A DNA stretch of 64,000 bases from Treponema sp. (GTDB lineage: Bacteria > Spirochaetota > Spirochaetia > Treponematales > Treponemataceae): assembly GCA_012519415.1 (NCBI GenBank), contig JAAYQG010000079.1:24474-88473 (forward strand), in the 5' to 3' direction. This document shows positions 55,380-64,000 of the stretch, piece by piece. The position numbers were made by a program, and so were the translations under genes. How positions within the stretch are numbered: position 1 is the first letter of the stretch; the number at the start of each line of letters is the position of its first letter. Below the pieces are notes generated by a model. That model saw nothing but the letters and a program-made list of their open reading frames with translations, searched no databases and was not told where the DNA came from.

Positions 55380-56074
55380 GCATAATAAATACATTTGAAA
55401 ATTTAGATGTAGCTAAAATAGATACCGGACGAAAAGACAGAACAGGTTTTCCGGAAGTTGTTTTTTGCCCTCAAAAAGAAGATGAATATTTATTAAAAAT
55501 TTATAAAAAATTATATGAAACGCAAGGACACGTTTTTGGAACACGAGCTAACAGTCATCAAGCACAAATAGTAAAAAAAGATTTTCCGCAAGCAGAATAT
55601 GACGAAGTTTCTAAAGTTTTGCAAATTTTGCCCGCAAAAAAAACCGAACTTATCGGAAACATTGCCGTCTGCACGGCCGGCACAGCTGATATTCCCGTAG
55701 CAGAAGAATGTGTAAAAACTATTGAATATTTTGGCTCGAAAGCATTTCGTTTTTATGATGTAGGAGTTTCAGGAATTCACAGATTGTTCTCGCAAATGAA
55801 CGAAATAAACAAAGCAAATGTTGTTGTTGCAATTGCAGGAATGGAAGGAGCACTTGCAAGTGTTCTTGGCGGACTTGTAAAAGTTCCAGTAATTGCAGTA
55901 CCCACAAGTGTTGGATACGGCGCAAGTTTTGGCGGACTTTCAGCTCTTTTAACTATGGTCAATTCATGTGCAAACGGAATAAGTGTTGTAAACATTGACA
56001 ACGGCTATGGGGCAGGTTATATTTCAACTCAAATAAACCGCCTTGCAGAAAAAAAAGATATGTTTTGTTCGTAA
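55376..56074 (+). CDS. larB: Pyridinium-3,5-biscarboxylic acid mononucleotide synthase LarB (PurE-like carboxylase/hydrolase)
   Basis: DTGRKDRTGFPEVVFC, TAGTADIPVAEEC, AGMEGALASVLGGLV, VIAVPTSVGYGA motifs. 4-nt overlap with larE. Confidence 0.85.
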   Translation: MSIINTFENLDVAKIDTGRKDRTGFPEVVFCPQKEDEYLLKIYKKLYETQGHVFGTRANSHQAQIVKKDFPQAEYDEVSKVLQILPAKKTELIGNIAVCTAGTADIPVAEECVKTIEYFGSKAFRFYDVGVSGIHRLFSQMNEINKANVVVAIAGMEGALASVLGGLVKVPVIAVPTSVGYGASFGGLSALLTMVNSCANGISVVNIDNGYGAGYISTQINRLAEKKDMFCS

Positions 56075-56143
56075 ACTTGATAGCTTTTTGCACTTTCTCA
56101 TTTCATTGTGAAAGTGCGGATAAAATACAATAAGAGGAAATAA

Positions 56144-57412
56144 ATGAAAAAATTGTACATAGAATGTAAGTCTGGAATAAGCGGCGACATGACAGTTGCG
56201 GCACTTCTTGATTTAGGAGCAGACAAAGAAATTTTGCAAAATGTATTAAATACAATTCCTCTAAAAAATTTTAAAACGGAAATAAGACGCGTGCAAAAAA
56301 ACGGAATTGATGTCTGCGATTTTAATGTTATTCTTGAAGAAGATAACCATGACCATGATATGAATTATCTTTATGGACACGAACATGAAGAACATCATCA
56401 TCAAAGCGAAAACCACCCACATCATCACCATCATCATTCAGATGAAAAACATCATCATGAACATCGTGGTTTAACTGAAATAAAAGAAATTATTGCAAAT
56501 ACAAAAATGACGGAAAATGCCAAAAAACTTGCGCTTTCTATTTTTACCATACTTGCGGAAGCTGAATCAAAAGCTCATAACAAACCCATAAATGAAGTTC
56601 ATTTTCATGAAGTTGGTGCTGTCGATTCTATTGTCGATATAATTTCAATTGCTGTTTGTTTTGATAATTTAAATATTAACGACGTTATTGTTCCTGAATT
56701 GTACGAAGGCACGGGAACAGTTCGCTGTCAGCATGGAATTTTGCCAGTCCCCGTGCCGGCGGTTTGTAATATTGTTTCTGCATATAATCTTCCTTTAAAA
56801 TTTTTGCCCGACAAAGGGGAATTTATTACACCTACAGGTGCTGCTTTTATTGCATCTGTAAAAACATCGCTGAAACTTCCCGAAAAATTTACTATTCAGA
56901 AAATTGGAATGGGCGCAGGCAAAAGAAATTATGAAAGACCGAATCTTTTGCGAATTTTTTTGATTGAAACGGAAGATAAAAATACTACAGAAGAATTATA
57001 CAAGCTTGAAACAAATATAGATGATTGTACAGGGGAATCTTTGGGGTTTGTCATGGAAGAACTGTTAATAAATAATGCACTTGATGTTCATTATATTCCA
57101 TGTTTTATGAAAAAAAATCGCCCCGCTTGGTTGTTAACAATTCTTTGCGAAGAGAAAGATGTGCAAAATCTGGAACAGATTGTTTTTAAGAATACAACAA
57201 CTATTGGAATTAGAAAAACGAAAATAGCGAGAACAAAGCTTACAAGAAAAAAAATTTCCGTTCAAACCGAATTCGGTAGCGTAGAAGCAAAACAGGTTGT
57301 TCTTCCCGATGGAACTGTAAGAAATTATCCCGAATATGAATCGGTTTCAAGCATATGCCGAAATAAAAATGTTAGTTTTTGGGATGTCTACAACAAAGCA
57401 ATTAATATGTAA
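56144..57412 (+). CDS. larC: Nickel insertion protein LarC (single uninterrupted ORF) with internal His-rich tract
   Basis: LYIECKSGISGDM N-terminus, His tract HEHEEHHHQSENHPHHHHHHSDEKHHHEH, FHEVGAVDSIVDI motif. Confidence 0.85.
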   Translation: MKKLYIECKSGISGDMTVAALLDLGADKEILQNVLNTIPLKNFKTEIRRVQKNGIDVCDFNVILEEDNHDHDMNYLYGHEHEEHHHQSENHPHHHHHHSDEKHHHEHRGLTEIKEIIANTKMTENAKKLALSIFTILAEAESKAHNKPINEVHFHEVGAVDSIVDIISIAVCFDNLNINDVIVPELYEGTGTVRCQHGILPVPVPAVCNIVSAYNLPLKFLPDKGEFITPTGAAFIASVKTSLKLPEKFTIQKIGMGAGKRNYERPNLLRIFLIETEDKNTTEELYKLETNIDDCTGESLGFVMEELLINNALDVHYIPCFMKKNRPAWLLTILCEEKDVQNLEQIVFKNTTTIGIRKTKIARTKLTRKKISVQTEFGSVEAKQVVLPDGTVRNYPEYESVSSICRNKNVSFWDVYNKAINM

Positions 57413-57461
57413 AGCTTTATAAAACTTTTTATTATGTTTATATATTGCATATGGGGGCTTT

Positions 57462-59285
57462 ATGAAAATCTTTATTTATTTTACTGCTCTGTTTGTTTTT
57501 ATTTTGCTTTCTTTTTTGTTCATTCTTGTATTACGAAACGAAAAGAAAAACTATCTTCAGTTTCTTCTTATCGGTTTTATAATTACAATTGCTGCTTGGA
57601 TTTTATTTTTATTTTTTGAAGATTTTTCAACACAATTAAACTATGCAAAGGCGTCTGCAATTTTTAATAGTTGCAAATATCTTTTTATTACATTAACTCC
57701 GATTTGGATTCTTCTTATTTCGTTCTATTTTGCAAAAGACGGAAAACCGATTCATAAAATTGCATATTTACTTGCCTTAAACCCGCTTCTCACTCAATTT
57801 GGATTATTAACAAACAGCAAATTTCATTTGTTTTATTCAACTTTTATAGTTTTTCATAGACCGATAGGACCTCTTTATGCAGTTCATATTTTTCTCTTTT
57901 ATGTGAACATTTTAATTTCTATAGTTTATCTTTTTATTTTCTCGCTCAGAACAGACAAAGAAATGCGTTCAAAAGCTATGCTTGTATTATTGAGCACAAT
58001 TCTGCCACTTTTAGCAAATATGCTTTATTTTTCCGGAACAATTGCACTTTCTGCGTATGCAACTCCAATTTGTTTTGCAATTACTGCTTTTTCATTTTAT
58101 AAAGCTATTTCAAAATATAATTTCCTTGAAAATACACCTCTTGTTTTGCGCTCAATAGTTGATCGTATTTCATATGTTTATATTGTTCTTGATGAACATC
58201 TTACAATCGTGGATTTCAACGAACCTGCTTTCAAAACATTTCCATCACACAGATTAAAAAAAGGCAATAACTTTAGAGAAATAATAAATGCATATAACGC
58301 TGTTTTTGATTATAATAAAATTCTCTCTACAATATCAGAAGCTCGTAAAACAGCGAAAACGATAAAAACGGAAATAGTCTATCATCCAACAGAACATAAC
58401 GATACGGATTGTTTTTTCCAATGTGAATTTACCCCTGTTTTTCAAAAAGGGCGTTACAGAGCTTGTATTCTCATGGGAAAAGATATAACGCAGTCAAAAA
58501 AGGACTATGCAAGTTTTGTAGAACAAGAGCGTCTTGCATCTATTGCACAAATGATTGGTAATGTTGTTCAAAATTTGCGCGCACCTGTTTTGCGTCTTTC
58601 AAATTCAACAGAAAACATAGACAACATAACAACAGAATGCTTAAATCAAATTGAAGACAAAACACTTTCGCAAGATGATTTTCAAGAAATTATTAGAGAA
58701 ATAAGACAAAATCTTCAAAACCAGCGCGCAGGTCTTGAAGCTTTTGAAAGCATTCTTTCTGCAATTACAGAACAAACAGAACAGCTGGCGGTTGAAAACG
58801 ATAAAACTTTTTCAATTACAGAACTTGTAAAACGTGTAGAATTTCTTATGAAAGAAAACTTAAAAGAAACCCAATGCACATTAAGAACGTCAATAAATGG
58901 AAACGATGAAATACGAATAAAAGGTGATTTAAACAGCCTTGTTCATGTTATTCAAGCGTTAATTATGAACAGTATTCACGCATATAATGGAGCGGAAGGT
59001 TTTATTTATTTTAATGTTTCATCCAAAAAAGGGTTGGTAACTATTTCAATCGGAGATTATGCAGGCGGTATTCCTCTTGAGGTTCAAGATAAACTTTTTA
59101 AGCAAGTTGTTACAACAAAAGGCAAAAATAGTTCAGGCATAAGTTTATATATGGCACATGCAACAATTATTGGGCATTTTCAAGGCAAATTGTGGTTTAC
59201 TTCAAAAGAAAACGAAGGTTCTGAATTTTTTATAGAACTTCCTTTCTTAAAAGCAACGAATGATTCAGAAAAATTGACGACTTAA
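57462..59285 (+). CDS. Membrane histidine-kinase-like protein (multi-TM N-terminal domain, PAS-like, DHp-like, HATPase_c) lacking the canonical H-box histidine
   Basis: Six or seven N-terminal TM helices. HATPase boxes are present: LIMNSIHAY (N), GDYAGGIP (G1), GKNSSGISLYMAH (G2). The H-box-equivalent reads GNVVQNLRAPV, with Gln at codon 370 (nt 58569-58571). Confidence 0.7.
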   Translation: MKIFIYFTALFVFILLSFLFILVLRNEKKNYLQFLLIGFIITIAAWILFLFFEDFSTQLNYAKASAIFNSCKYLFITLTPIWILLISFYFAKDGKPIHKIAYLLALNPLLTQFGLLTNSKFHLFYSTFIVFHRPIGPLYAVHIFLFYVNILISIVYLFIFSLRTDKEMRSKAMLVLLSTILPLLANMLYFSGTIALSAYATPICFAITAFSFYKAISKYNFLENTPLVLRSIVDRISYVYIVLDEHLTIVDFNEPAFKTFPSHRLKKGNNFREIINAYNAVFDYNKILSTISEARKTAKTIKTEIVYHPTEHNDTDCFFQCEFTPVFQKGRYRACILMGKDITQSKKDYASFVEQERLASIAQMIGNVVQNLRAPVLRLSNSTENIDNITTECLNQIEDKTLSQDDFQEIIREIRQNLQNQRAGLEAFESILSAITEQTEQLAVENDKTFSITELVKRVEFLMKENLKETQCTLRTSINGNDEIRIKGDLNSLVHVIQALIMNSIHAYNGAEGFIYFNVSSKKGLVTISIGDYAGGIPLEVQDKLFKQVVTTKGKNSSGISLYMAHATIIGHFQGKLWFTSKENEGSEFFIELPFLKATNDSEKLTT

Positions 59286-59321
59286 ACGAGTAAACAATTT
59301 GCTAAACTTTGCGTATAAATA

Positions 59322-61310
59322 CTAAACCAAAGATTCAATAGATTCGGCGCAAGATTCCCACTGCGCATTAAGTTTTTCAATTTCTTCTTCTATAGCTTCT
59401 ATTTTCTTTTGTACAGCTGAGCTTTTTGCTATATCTGAATAAATGTGCGGAAGAGCAAGTTGAGCTTCTAGCGCAGATTTTTCTTCTTCCGCTTTTGCAA
59501 TTTTGTTCATAAGCTGTTCTTCTTCTCTTTCAAGTTTTTTTCGCTCGTTTTTTCGTCGCTTTTCTTCTTCCCAGTTATATTGTGATTCTTGAGCTTCTGT
59601 TTTTGCTTGAGTAACGTTAGCAGCTTGCTTTGATTCATTTGTGCTTGTATCTACAGGAGCTCCATTTTCTTCCGCCTCAAGTCGTTCTAAATAATAATTA
59701 TAATCTCCGGCAAAAAGTCTTGCAGAACCAGGCTTTAATTCAATCACTCTTGTCGCCAAATTCTCAATAAAACTTCTGTCGTGCGAAACAAACAAAATTG
59801 TACCGCCAAAATCTTTCAAAGCTTCTAAAAGCACATCTTTAGAAGTTAAATCCAAATGATTCGTCGGTTCGTCTAAGATTAAAAAATTTACAGGGCGAAG
59901 CAAAAGCTTAAGCAACGCAAGTCGGCTTTTTTCGCCGCCGGAAAGAACAGAAACTTGTTTATAAACATCATCGCCGCGAAACAAAAAAGCACCAAGCATA
60001 TCTCTTATTTTGGGAATAAGTTCAAGGGGAGATTCGTTTTCGATTGTTTCTAATACAGATTGAGTTCCTTCAAGTTGCTCTGCGCTATCTTGCGAAAAAT
60101 AACCGATAGATACGCCCGCTCCAAGTTTTATTTTTCCGGAAAAATCAGAATCTTGTTCTGCAACAATACGGAGCAATGTTGTTTTTCCTGCTCCATTTCG
60201 CCCTGCAACGACAAGTCGCTCGCCTTTTTCAAGAACAAAATCAAGATTTTTAATTACACAATTCGGTTCAAGGTTTTCAGCTGAAGGCAAGTATGTTTTT
60301 GAAAGTTCACTTACAGTAAGTACAAGGTTACCAGAATGAGGCGCAGGCGGAAAACGAAAATGAATTTTTTTGAAATTTTCAGGGATTTCTATACGCTCAA
60401 TTTTTTCAAGCATTTTCATGCGTTCTTGAGCTTGCGCGGCTTTAGAAGCTTTAGCACCGAAACGTCTAATAAAATCTTCGAGTTTTTTTATTTCTTCTTG
60501 CTGAAGTTCATAATTTGCAACAAGCCTATCTATTTCGGCACGGCGAATATCTTCGTATTTAGAATAATTACCTGAATATCTGTGAAGCGCACCATTAAAA
60601 AGCTCGTAAACTTCGTTTACCGTTACATCAAGAAAATATCGATCATGGCTTACAATTAAAAAACCGCCTTTAAAATCTTGAAGCCACTGTTCAAGCCATT
60701 TGCGCGCTTCAATGTCTAAATAGTTCGTAGGTTCATCAAGAAGCAAAATATCCGGTTTTTCAAGCAGAATTTTTGCAAGCGCAATACGCATTTGCCAGCC
60801 ACCGGAAAATTCCGAAACAGACCTGTAAAAATCATTTTGAGAAAAACCAAGCCCGACAAGAACTTGCTCTGAAATAGATTTGCGCCTATACCAGTCAGAT
60901 TGTTCAAGTTTTTGCTGCAATTCATGGTATTGCTCAAGTAGATATGCATTTTTTGAATCATTTTGTGAATATTCTTCTTTTTTTAGTTCATCGCCAAGCA
61001 AATCAAGCTCTTTTAAAAGATTGTGCCCGTATTCAAATGCGCGATCAACTTCTTCAATTAGTGTGGAATCTTTAAAAACAATGCCGGACTGTGGCAAATA
61101 TGAAATTCTTGTATCTTTTTGAACAACCCGCTCGCCGGAATCAGTTTCTATAAAACCTGCAAGCACTTTCATTAGAGTAGATTTTCCAGAGCCGTTTGTA
61201 CCTGTCAAAGCTGCTTTTGTGCCTGCGGCAAGATAAACAGCTACATCTTTTAATATATCACGATCACCAAAAGCAAGAGAAACTTTTGAAAACTGAACAA
61301 ATGCCATCAT
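59322..61310 (-). CDS. ABC-F family ATPase (Uup/EttA-type translation factor class), two NBDs and C-terminal coiled coil
   Basis: Walker A GTNGSGKSTL and GRNGAGKTTL, signatures FSGGWQMR and LSGGEKSR, no TM domain, K/E-rich C-terminal helix. Confidence 0.88.
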   Translation of the reverse strand: MMAFVQFSKVSLAFGDRDILKDVAVYLAAGTKAALTGTNGSGKSTLMKVLAGFIETDSGERVVQKDTRISYLPQSGIVFKDSTLIEEVDRAFEYGHNLLKELDLLGDELKKEEYSQNDSKNAYLLEQYHELQQKLEQSDWYRRKSISEQVLVGLGFSQNDFYRSVSEFSGGWQMRIALAKILLEKPDILLLDEPTNYLDIEARKWLEQWLQDFKGGFLIVSHDRYFLDVTVNEVYELFNGALHRYSGNYSKYEDIRRAEIDRLVANYELQQEEIKKLEDFIRRFGAKASKAAQAQERMKMLEKIERIEIPENFKKIHFRFPPAPHSGNLVLTVSELSKTYLPSAENLEPNCVIKNLDFVLEKGERLVVAGRNGAGKTTLLRIVAEQDSDFSGKIKLGAGVSIGYFSQDSAEQLEGTQSVLETIENESPLELIPKIRDMLGAFLFRGDDVYKQVSVLSGGEKSRLALLKLLLRPVNFLILDEPTNHLDLTSKDVLLEALKDFGGTILFVSHDRSFIENLATRVIELKPGSARLFAGDYNYYLERLEAEENGAPVDTSTNESKQAANVTQAKTEAQESQYNWEEEKRRKNERKKLEREEEQLMNKIAKAEEEKSALEAQLALPHIYSDIAKSSAVQKKIEAIEEEIEKLNAQWESCAESIESLV

Positions 61311-62611
61311 TCGTTTCCAAAAAACAGAACAAGCGCGTTTGTTCCGCGTGCTGTTACAACATTGTCTTTAATTGTTGCATCGGCTGTTTCTTCAAAACGA
61401 ATTCCATCGGTTTCAAGTTTATAAAGGAAACGCACGGGTTTTTTGTTTTTTTCAAATACAAAAGTAACAACACCATCATACACTGAAGCAATAGACGCAT
61501 TTACAAATGTATCAAATACGATTTTTCCTCGCTCACCAGATTGAGATGGAATAACAGTTGGAACAAGCCGTTGATATGATGACCACGAAAAAGTTCCATC
61601 TTCAAGCAAAAGTAAATCTCCATAGTTTGAACTTGAAAATACAGAACCAGCCATCAAAAAACGCGACAAAAGCGCAGAACGTCGAGCTTCTTCGCCAGAA
61701 ATAATTTCTTCTATAGAAGCAGTAAGCAAAACAAAAGTTTCGGATTTTTGGCGACCTTTGGAATCCGAATATTGCAATACAATTACATCATTTTTACGAA
61801 TGCTCATAGTAAGAGAAGTTCCCTTAAAACGATAATTTCCGTTTTCAAGCTTTTCCGCTCCCTCATAGTCCCATGTTTTAAACATATCAGGCATTCTAAT
61901 TTCTATTGTTCCAGTTTCTTTGCCCGGATTAAAATAATAGTTTTTTTCAAAGCGAGGAATATCAACTTGATTGTTGTTTATAATCGTAAGATATTCTTCC
62001 GGATACCAAACAGAATCAAGAGCTGTTTCAAGAGTTTCGTCATGAACAATCTCAACTTCTTCTGCTTGTTGCGGCATATTTTCATCAAAGAGTTTTAGAT
62101 TATATGAAAAACACCAACCAGTTGTTCCGTCTGATGTCATAACCCAAAGCCAATCGCCGGGTAGCGATTTAGAGCCGGAAACTGGCGCAGTTCCAACTCC
62201 TTTTTGCAAAATTTTTAGATTTTCGCCTTTTCTCAATCTATATACTTGTCTAGATGTGTTTACAGGTTCATAACGAACAGGCAAGCCGTCTGTAACAACA
62301 GAAGCATATACACTTTGATATTCTTTATATGGCTCATATGCTTTTAATGCTTTTGCTTTCGTTGTAGGATTTGTAATCTGCCAAAAAGGCACTTCAATCT
62401 TCTGCTGAGAACCGGGTGTGCCAATAACGTAAACTTGACTTATATTTGATTTTATATAAACTTGTACTAAATCTCCATCTCCAAGCCCTGCTTCTGGTAA
62501 AGACCACAACATGACGCTGTATCCAAGTCTGTTTGAACATGAAATATATAATAAAGAAATGCCAAAAACAGCAGCTAAAATGAATGCCCTAAAACAATTA
62601 CAAATTTTCAT
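61307..62611 (-). CDS. Lipoprotein with SH3b-like domain
   Basis: From ATG 62611 the N-terminus MKICNCFRAFILAAVFGISLLYISCSN has a lipobox (LYISC). SH3b-like RKGENLKILQK...GDWLWVMTSDGTTGWCFSYNL. An extended -10 sits 6 nt upstream of this ATG. 4-nt overlap with the ABC-F gene. Confidence 0.55.
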   Translation of the reverse strand: MKICNCFRAFILAAVFGISLLYISCSNRLGYSVMLWSLPEAGLGDGDLVQVYIKSNISQVYVIGTPGSQQKIEVPFWQITNPTTKAKALKAYEPYKEYQSVYASVVTDGLPVRYEPVNTSRQVYRLRKGENLKILQKGVGTAPVSGSKSLPGDWLWVMTSDGTTGWCFSYNLKLFDENMPQQAEEVEIVHDETLETALDSVWYPEEYLTIINNNQVDIPRFEKNYYFNPGKETGTIEIRMPDMFKTWDYEGAEKLENGNYRFKGTSLTMSIRKNDVIVLQYSDSKGRQKSETFVLLTASIEEIISGEEARRSALLSRFLMAGSVFSSSNYGDLLLLEDGTFSWSSYQRLVPTVIPSQSGERGKIVFDTFVNASIASVYDGVVTFVFEKNKKPVRFLYKLETDGIRFEETADATIKDNVVTARGTNALVLFFGNE

Positions 62612-62617
62612 GACGTA

Positions 62618-62626
62618 AGCATAACA
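62618..62626 (-). promoter_or_regulatory. Extended -10 element TGtTATGCT of the lipoprotein/ABC-F operon, ATG 62611 follows 6 nt after the -10 (leaderless candidate)
   Basis: Reverse complement of 62618-62626 is TGTTATGCT. Weak -35 (TTCCAA) at 17-nt spacing. Confidence 0.45.
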
Positions 62627-62899
62627 CAGAGGAATATTTTTTGGAAGACCAAAGAATAATGCGTTTAAATAAAAAACATCTATTAATAACAGAGTATTAA
62701 AATGTTTTAACATTTTGTAAAAGCTAAAATAAAATCTTGTTCTTTGGCATTTATCAAAATTGTTTTTACATCTTGTTTCTTTTTGTGCGGAATCGTAACA
62801 GTTAAAACTTTGTTTGCAAATTTTGCATTTACTGCATCAGAATCAATCAATGAAGTCTTTTTGTATGAAAATATGGAAATCTATTGTATGATAATTCTT

Positions 62900-64000
62900 A
62901 TGAGTAAACAAAAAAGCTATTCTTTGCTTCTTTCTATTGCATTGTTTACAATGCTTGGCATTGCAGTTTTTTTACAGCTGCGCTCTTCTTGGACAATGCA
63001 GAGAATCGAAGAACAACGACTTGCAAAGCGTCTTTCTGATGATGTTCATTTTCTGATTGAAACAACAAAACAAGATTTATTATTTCAAGCTTTTATTACA
63101 AACACTCATCGAACAAATTTTGCTGATGCGCTTATTTCTTTTAATGGTTTTGAATATGCTATGTTTCAATGGCAATGCCAGCAAAACACGCCGAGTTTAT
63201 TTGACTCACTTTTTGTATATTCACAAAAACAAAATAAAATTTACAAATGGACAGGAGTTTCATTAAAAGAAACAACAATTCCATCTTCGGGAATTCTTGG
63301 AACATTGACGAGTTTTATACAGAATAATCCGGTTTTTCAAACACAAAAAATTGCTTCTCTAAAAACAGGGCAAATTTTAATTGTGGAACCGCTTTATCTT
63401 GCGGAATTAGACAGCCACATTTATATACTTAGTTTTATAAATAAAGAGCATTTTTTTTACAATCTTTTAGTGTTTAACACGGAAAAATGTGTTCAAGAAT
63501 CAAAAGACTTTTTCTTTCGCATACGCGACACAGAAAGCGACACTGTGCTTTACGAAAGCGAGCCTGATTGTCCGCCATATTTCTTTGATAATCCTGATTT
63601 TGCAATAGCACTAATGCAACTGGATAAATCAATATCTATTATGTCAAACAAAAAAATGAAAGAAAATCAAAATACTGATGCAGAAGTACAAGCAGATAAA
63701 TTCTACGAAATTGTTGAAAAACCTTTTCAACAAGAAAACCTAGTGCTGGAAGTTATCCATCGGCAAGGCTCTTTATTAAAAGCAAGTGCCAGAAACATGA
63801 TGCTAACGATTGCTTCTTCGCTGATTGTTCTAATTGTACTTGGTATAACAATGGTTTTACTTGTTCTAAATATGCGAAAGGCAGAACGACTTGCAACATC
63901 TCAACAAGAATTTATCTCCACAATAACACACGAATTAAAAACACCAATCGCTATTATTTCTGCTGCTGCACAAAACATGAGCGATGGCGTTATCACTTCT
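62900..64000 (+). CDS. Sensor histidine kinase, N-terminal part (two TM helices, periplasmic domain, H-box); continues past the window end
   Basis: This ORF is missing from the ORF track because it has no stop in the window. The frame is open from 62711 to 64000. It ends with SQQEFISTITHELKTPIAIISAAAQNM (HisKA H-box). Possible starts are ATG 62849, 62864, 62888 and 62900; 62900 has a TATGAT hexamer 7 nt upstream. Confidence 0.7.
   Translation, partial: MSKQKSYSLLLSIALFTMLGIAVFLQLRSSWTMQRIEEQRLAKRLSDDVHFLIETTKQDLLFQAFITNTHRTNFADALISFNGFEYAMFQWQCQQNTPSLFDSLFVYSQKQNKIYKWTGVSLKETTIPSSGILGTLTSFIQNNPVFQTQKIASLKTGQILIVEPLYLAELDSHIYILSFINKEHFFYNLLVFNTEKCVQESKDFFFRIRDTESDTVLYESEPDCPPYFFDNPDFAIALMQLDKSISIMSNKKMKENQNTDAEVQADKFYEIVEKPFQQENLVLEVIHRQGSLLKASARNMMLTIASSLIVLIVLGITMVLLVLNMRKAERLATSQQEFISTITHELKTPIAIISAAAQNMSDGVITS

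Noticed and set aside
56144-57412. Checked whether larC is split by a programmed frameshift (larC1/larC2), as in Lactobacillus plantarum
   Set aside because: A single 422-codon ORF spans both halves, and no frameshift or internal stop is seen.
1-64000. Searched the window for CRISPR repeats, rRNA/tRNA genes, IS elements, integrases, toxin-antitoxin pairs, restriction-modification or other defence modules, and prophage genes
   Set aside because: No periodic repeat-spacer pattern was found. No tRNA-like T-arm motifs were found in the intergenic regions. No transposase or integrase motifs appeared in any ORF. Apart from the short stretch at 54394-54475, the composition looked uniform by eye. 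The window therefore looks like core chromosome.

Overview
This 64 kb window is low in G+C and densely coding. About 48 protein genes sit on both strands. I found no rRNA, tRNA, CRISPR array, transposase, integrase or recognisable defence gene, so it reads as core chromosome rather than an accessory island. The gene content suggests a Treponema-like spirochaete, though this is inference and no search was run: a regulatory PTS with EI and two EIIA-Ntr paralogs but no permease, GerMN, CHASE2 cyclase, Rex, large GAF hybrid kinase, MalQ plus a giant GH13 protein. Recognisable genes are uppP (partial), two SLT lytic transglycosylases, an M48 protease/CHASE2 cyclase operon, rex-serC-serA, ptsI, der, recQ, malQ, mnmG, thrC, pepF, lgt, larE-larB-larC, an ABC-F ATPase and three histidine-kinase-type proteins. 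Observations worth follow-up: (1) At least a dozen operon-leading genes have a sigma70-type -35/-10 placed 6-8 nt before the ATG with no Shine-Dalgarno, which implies widespread leaderless mRNAs and shortens several six-frame ORF starts. (2) An orphan larEBC nickel-pincer cofactor cluster has no larA in the window. It is preceded by a locally G+C-rich structured RNA and a hairpin that covers the larE ribosome-binding site. It is followed by a kinase-like protein whose H-box histidine is replaced by Gln. (3) Two near-consensus Rex operators bracket the rex promoter. (4) A GTTGT-N4-ACAAC palindrome lies between a Crp/Fnr gene and a divergent Fe-S gene. (5) One membrane protein combines an Hsp70 substrate-binding-domain-like module with LysM. 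All functional calls come from motifs read in the translations; no database search was possible.
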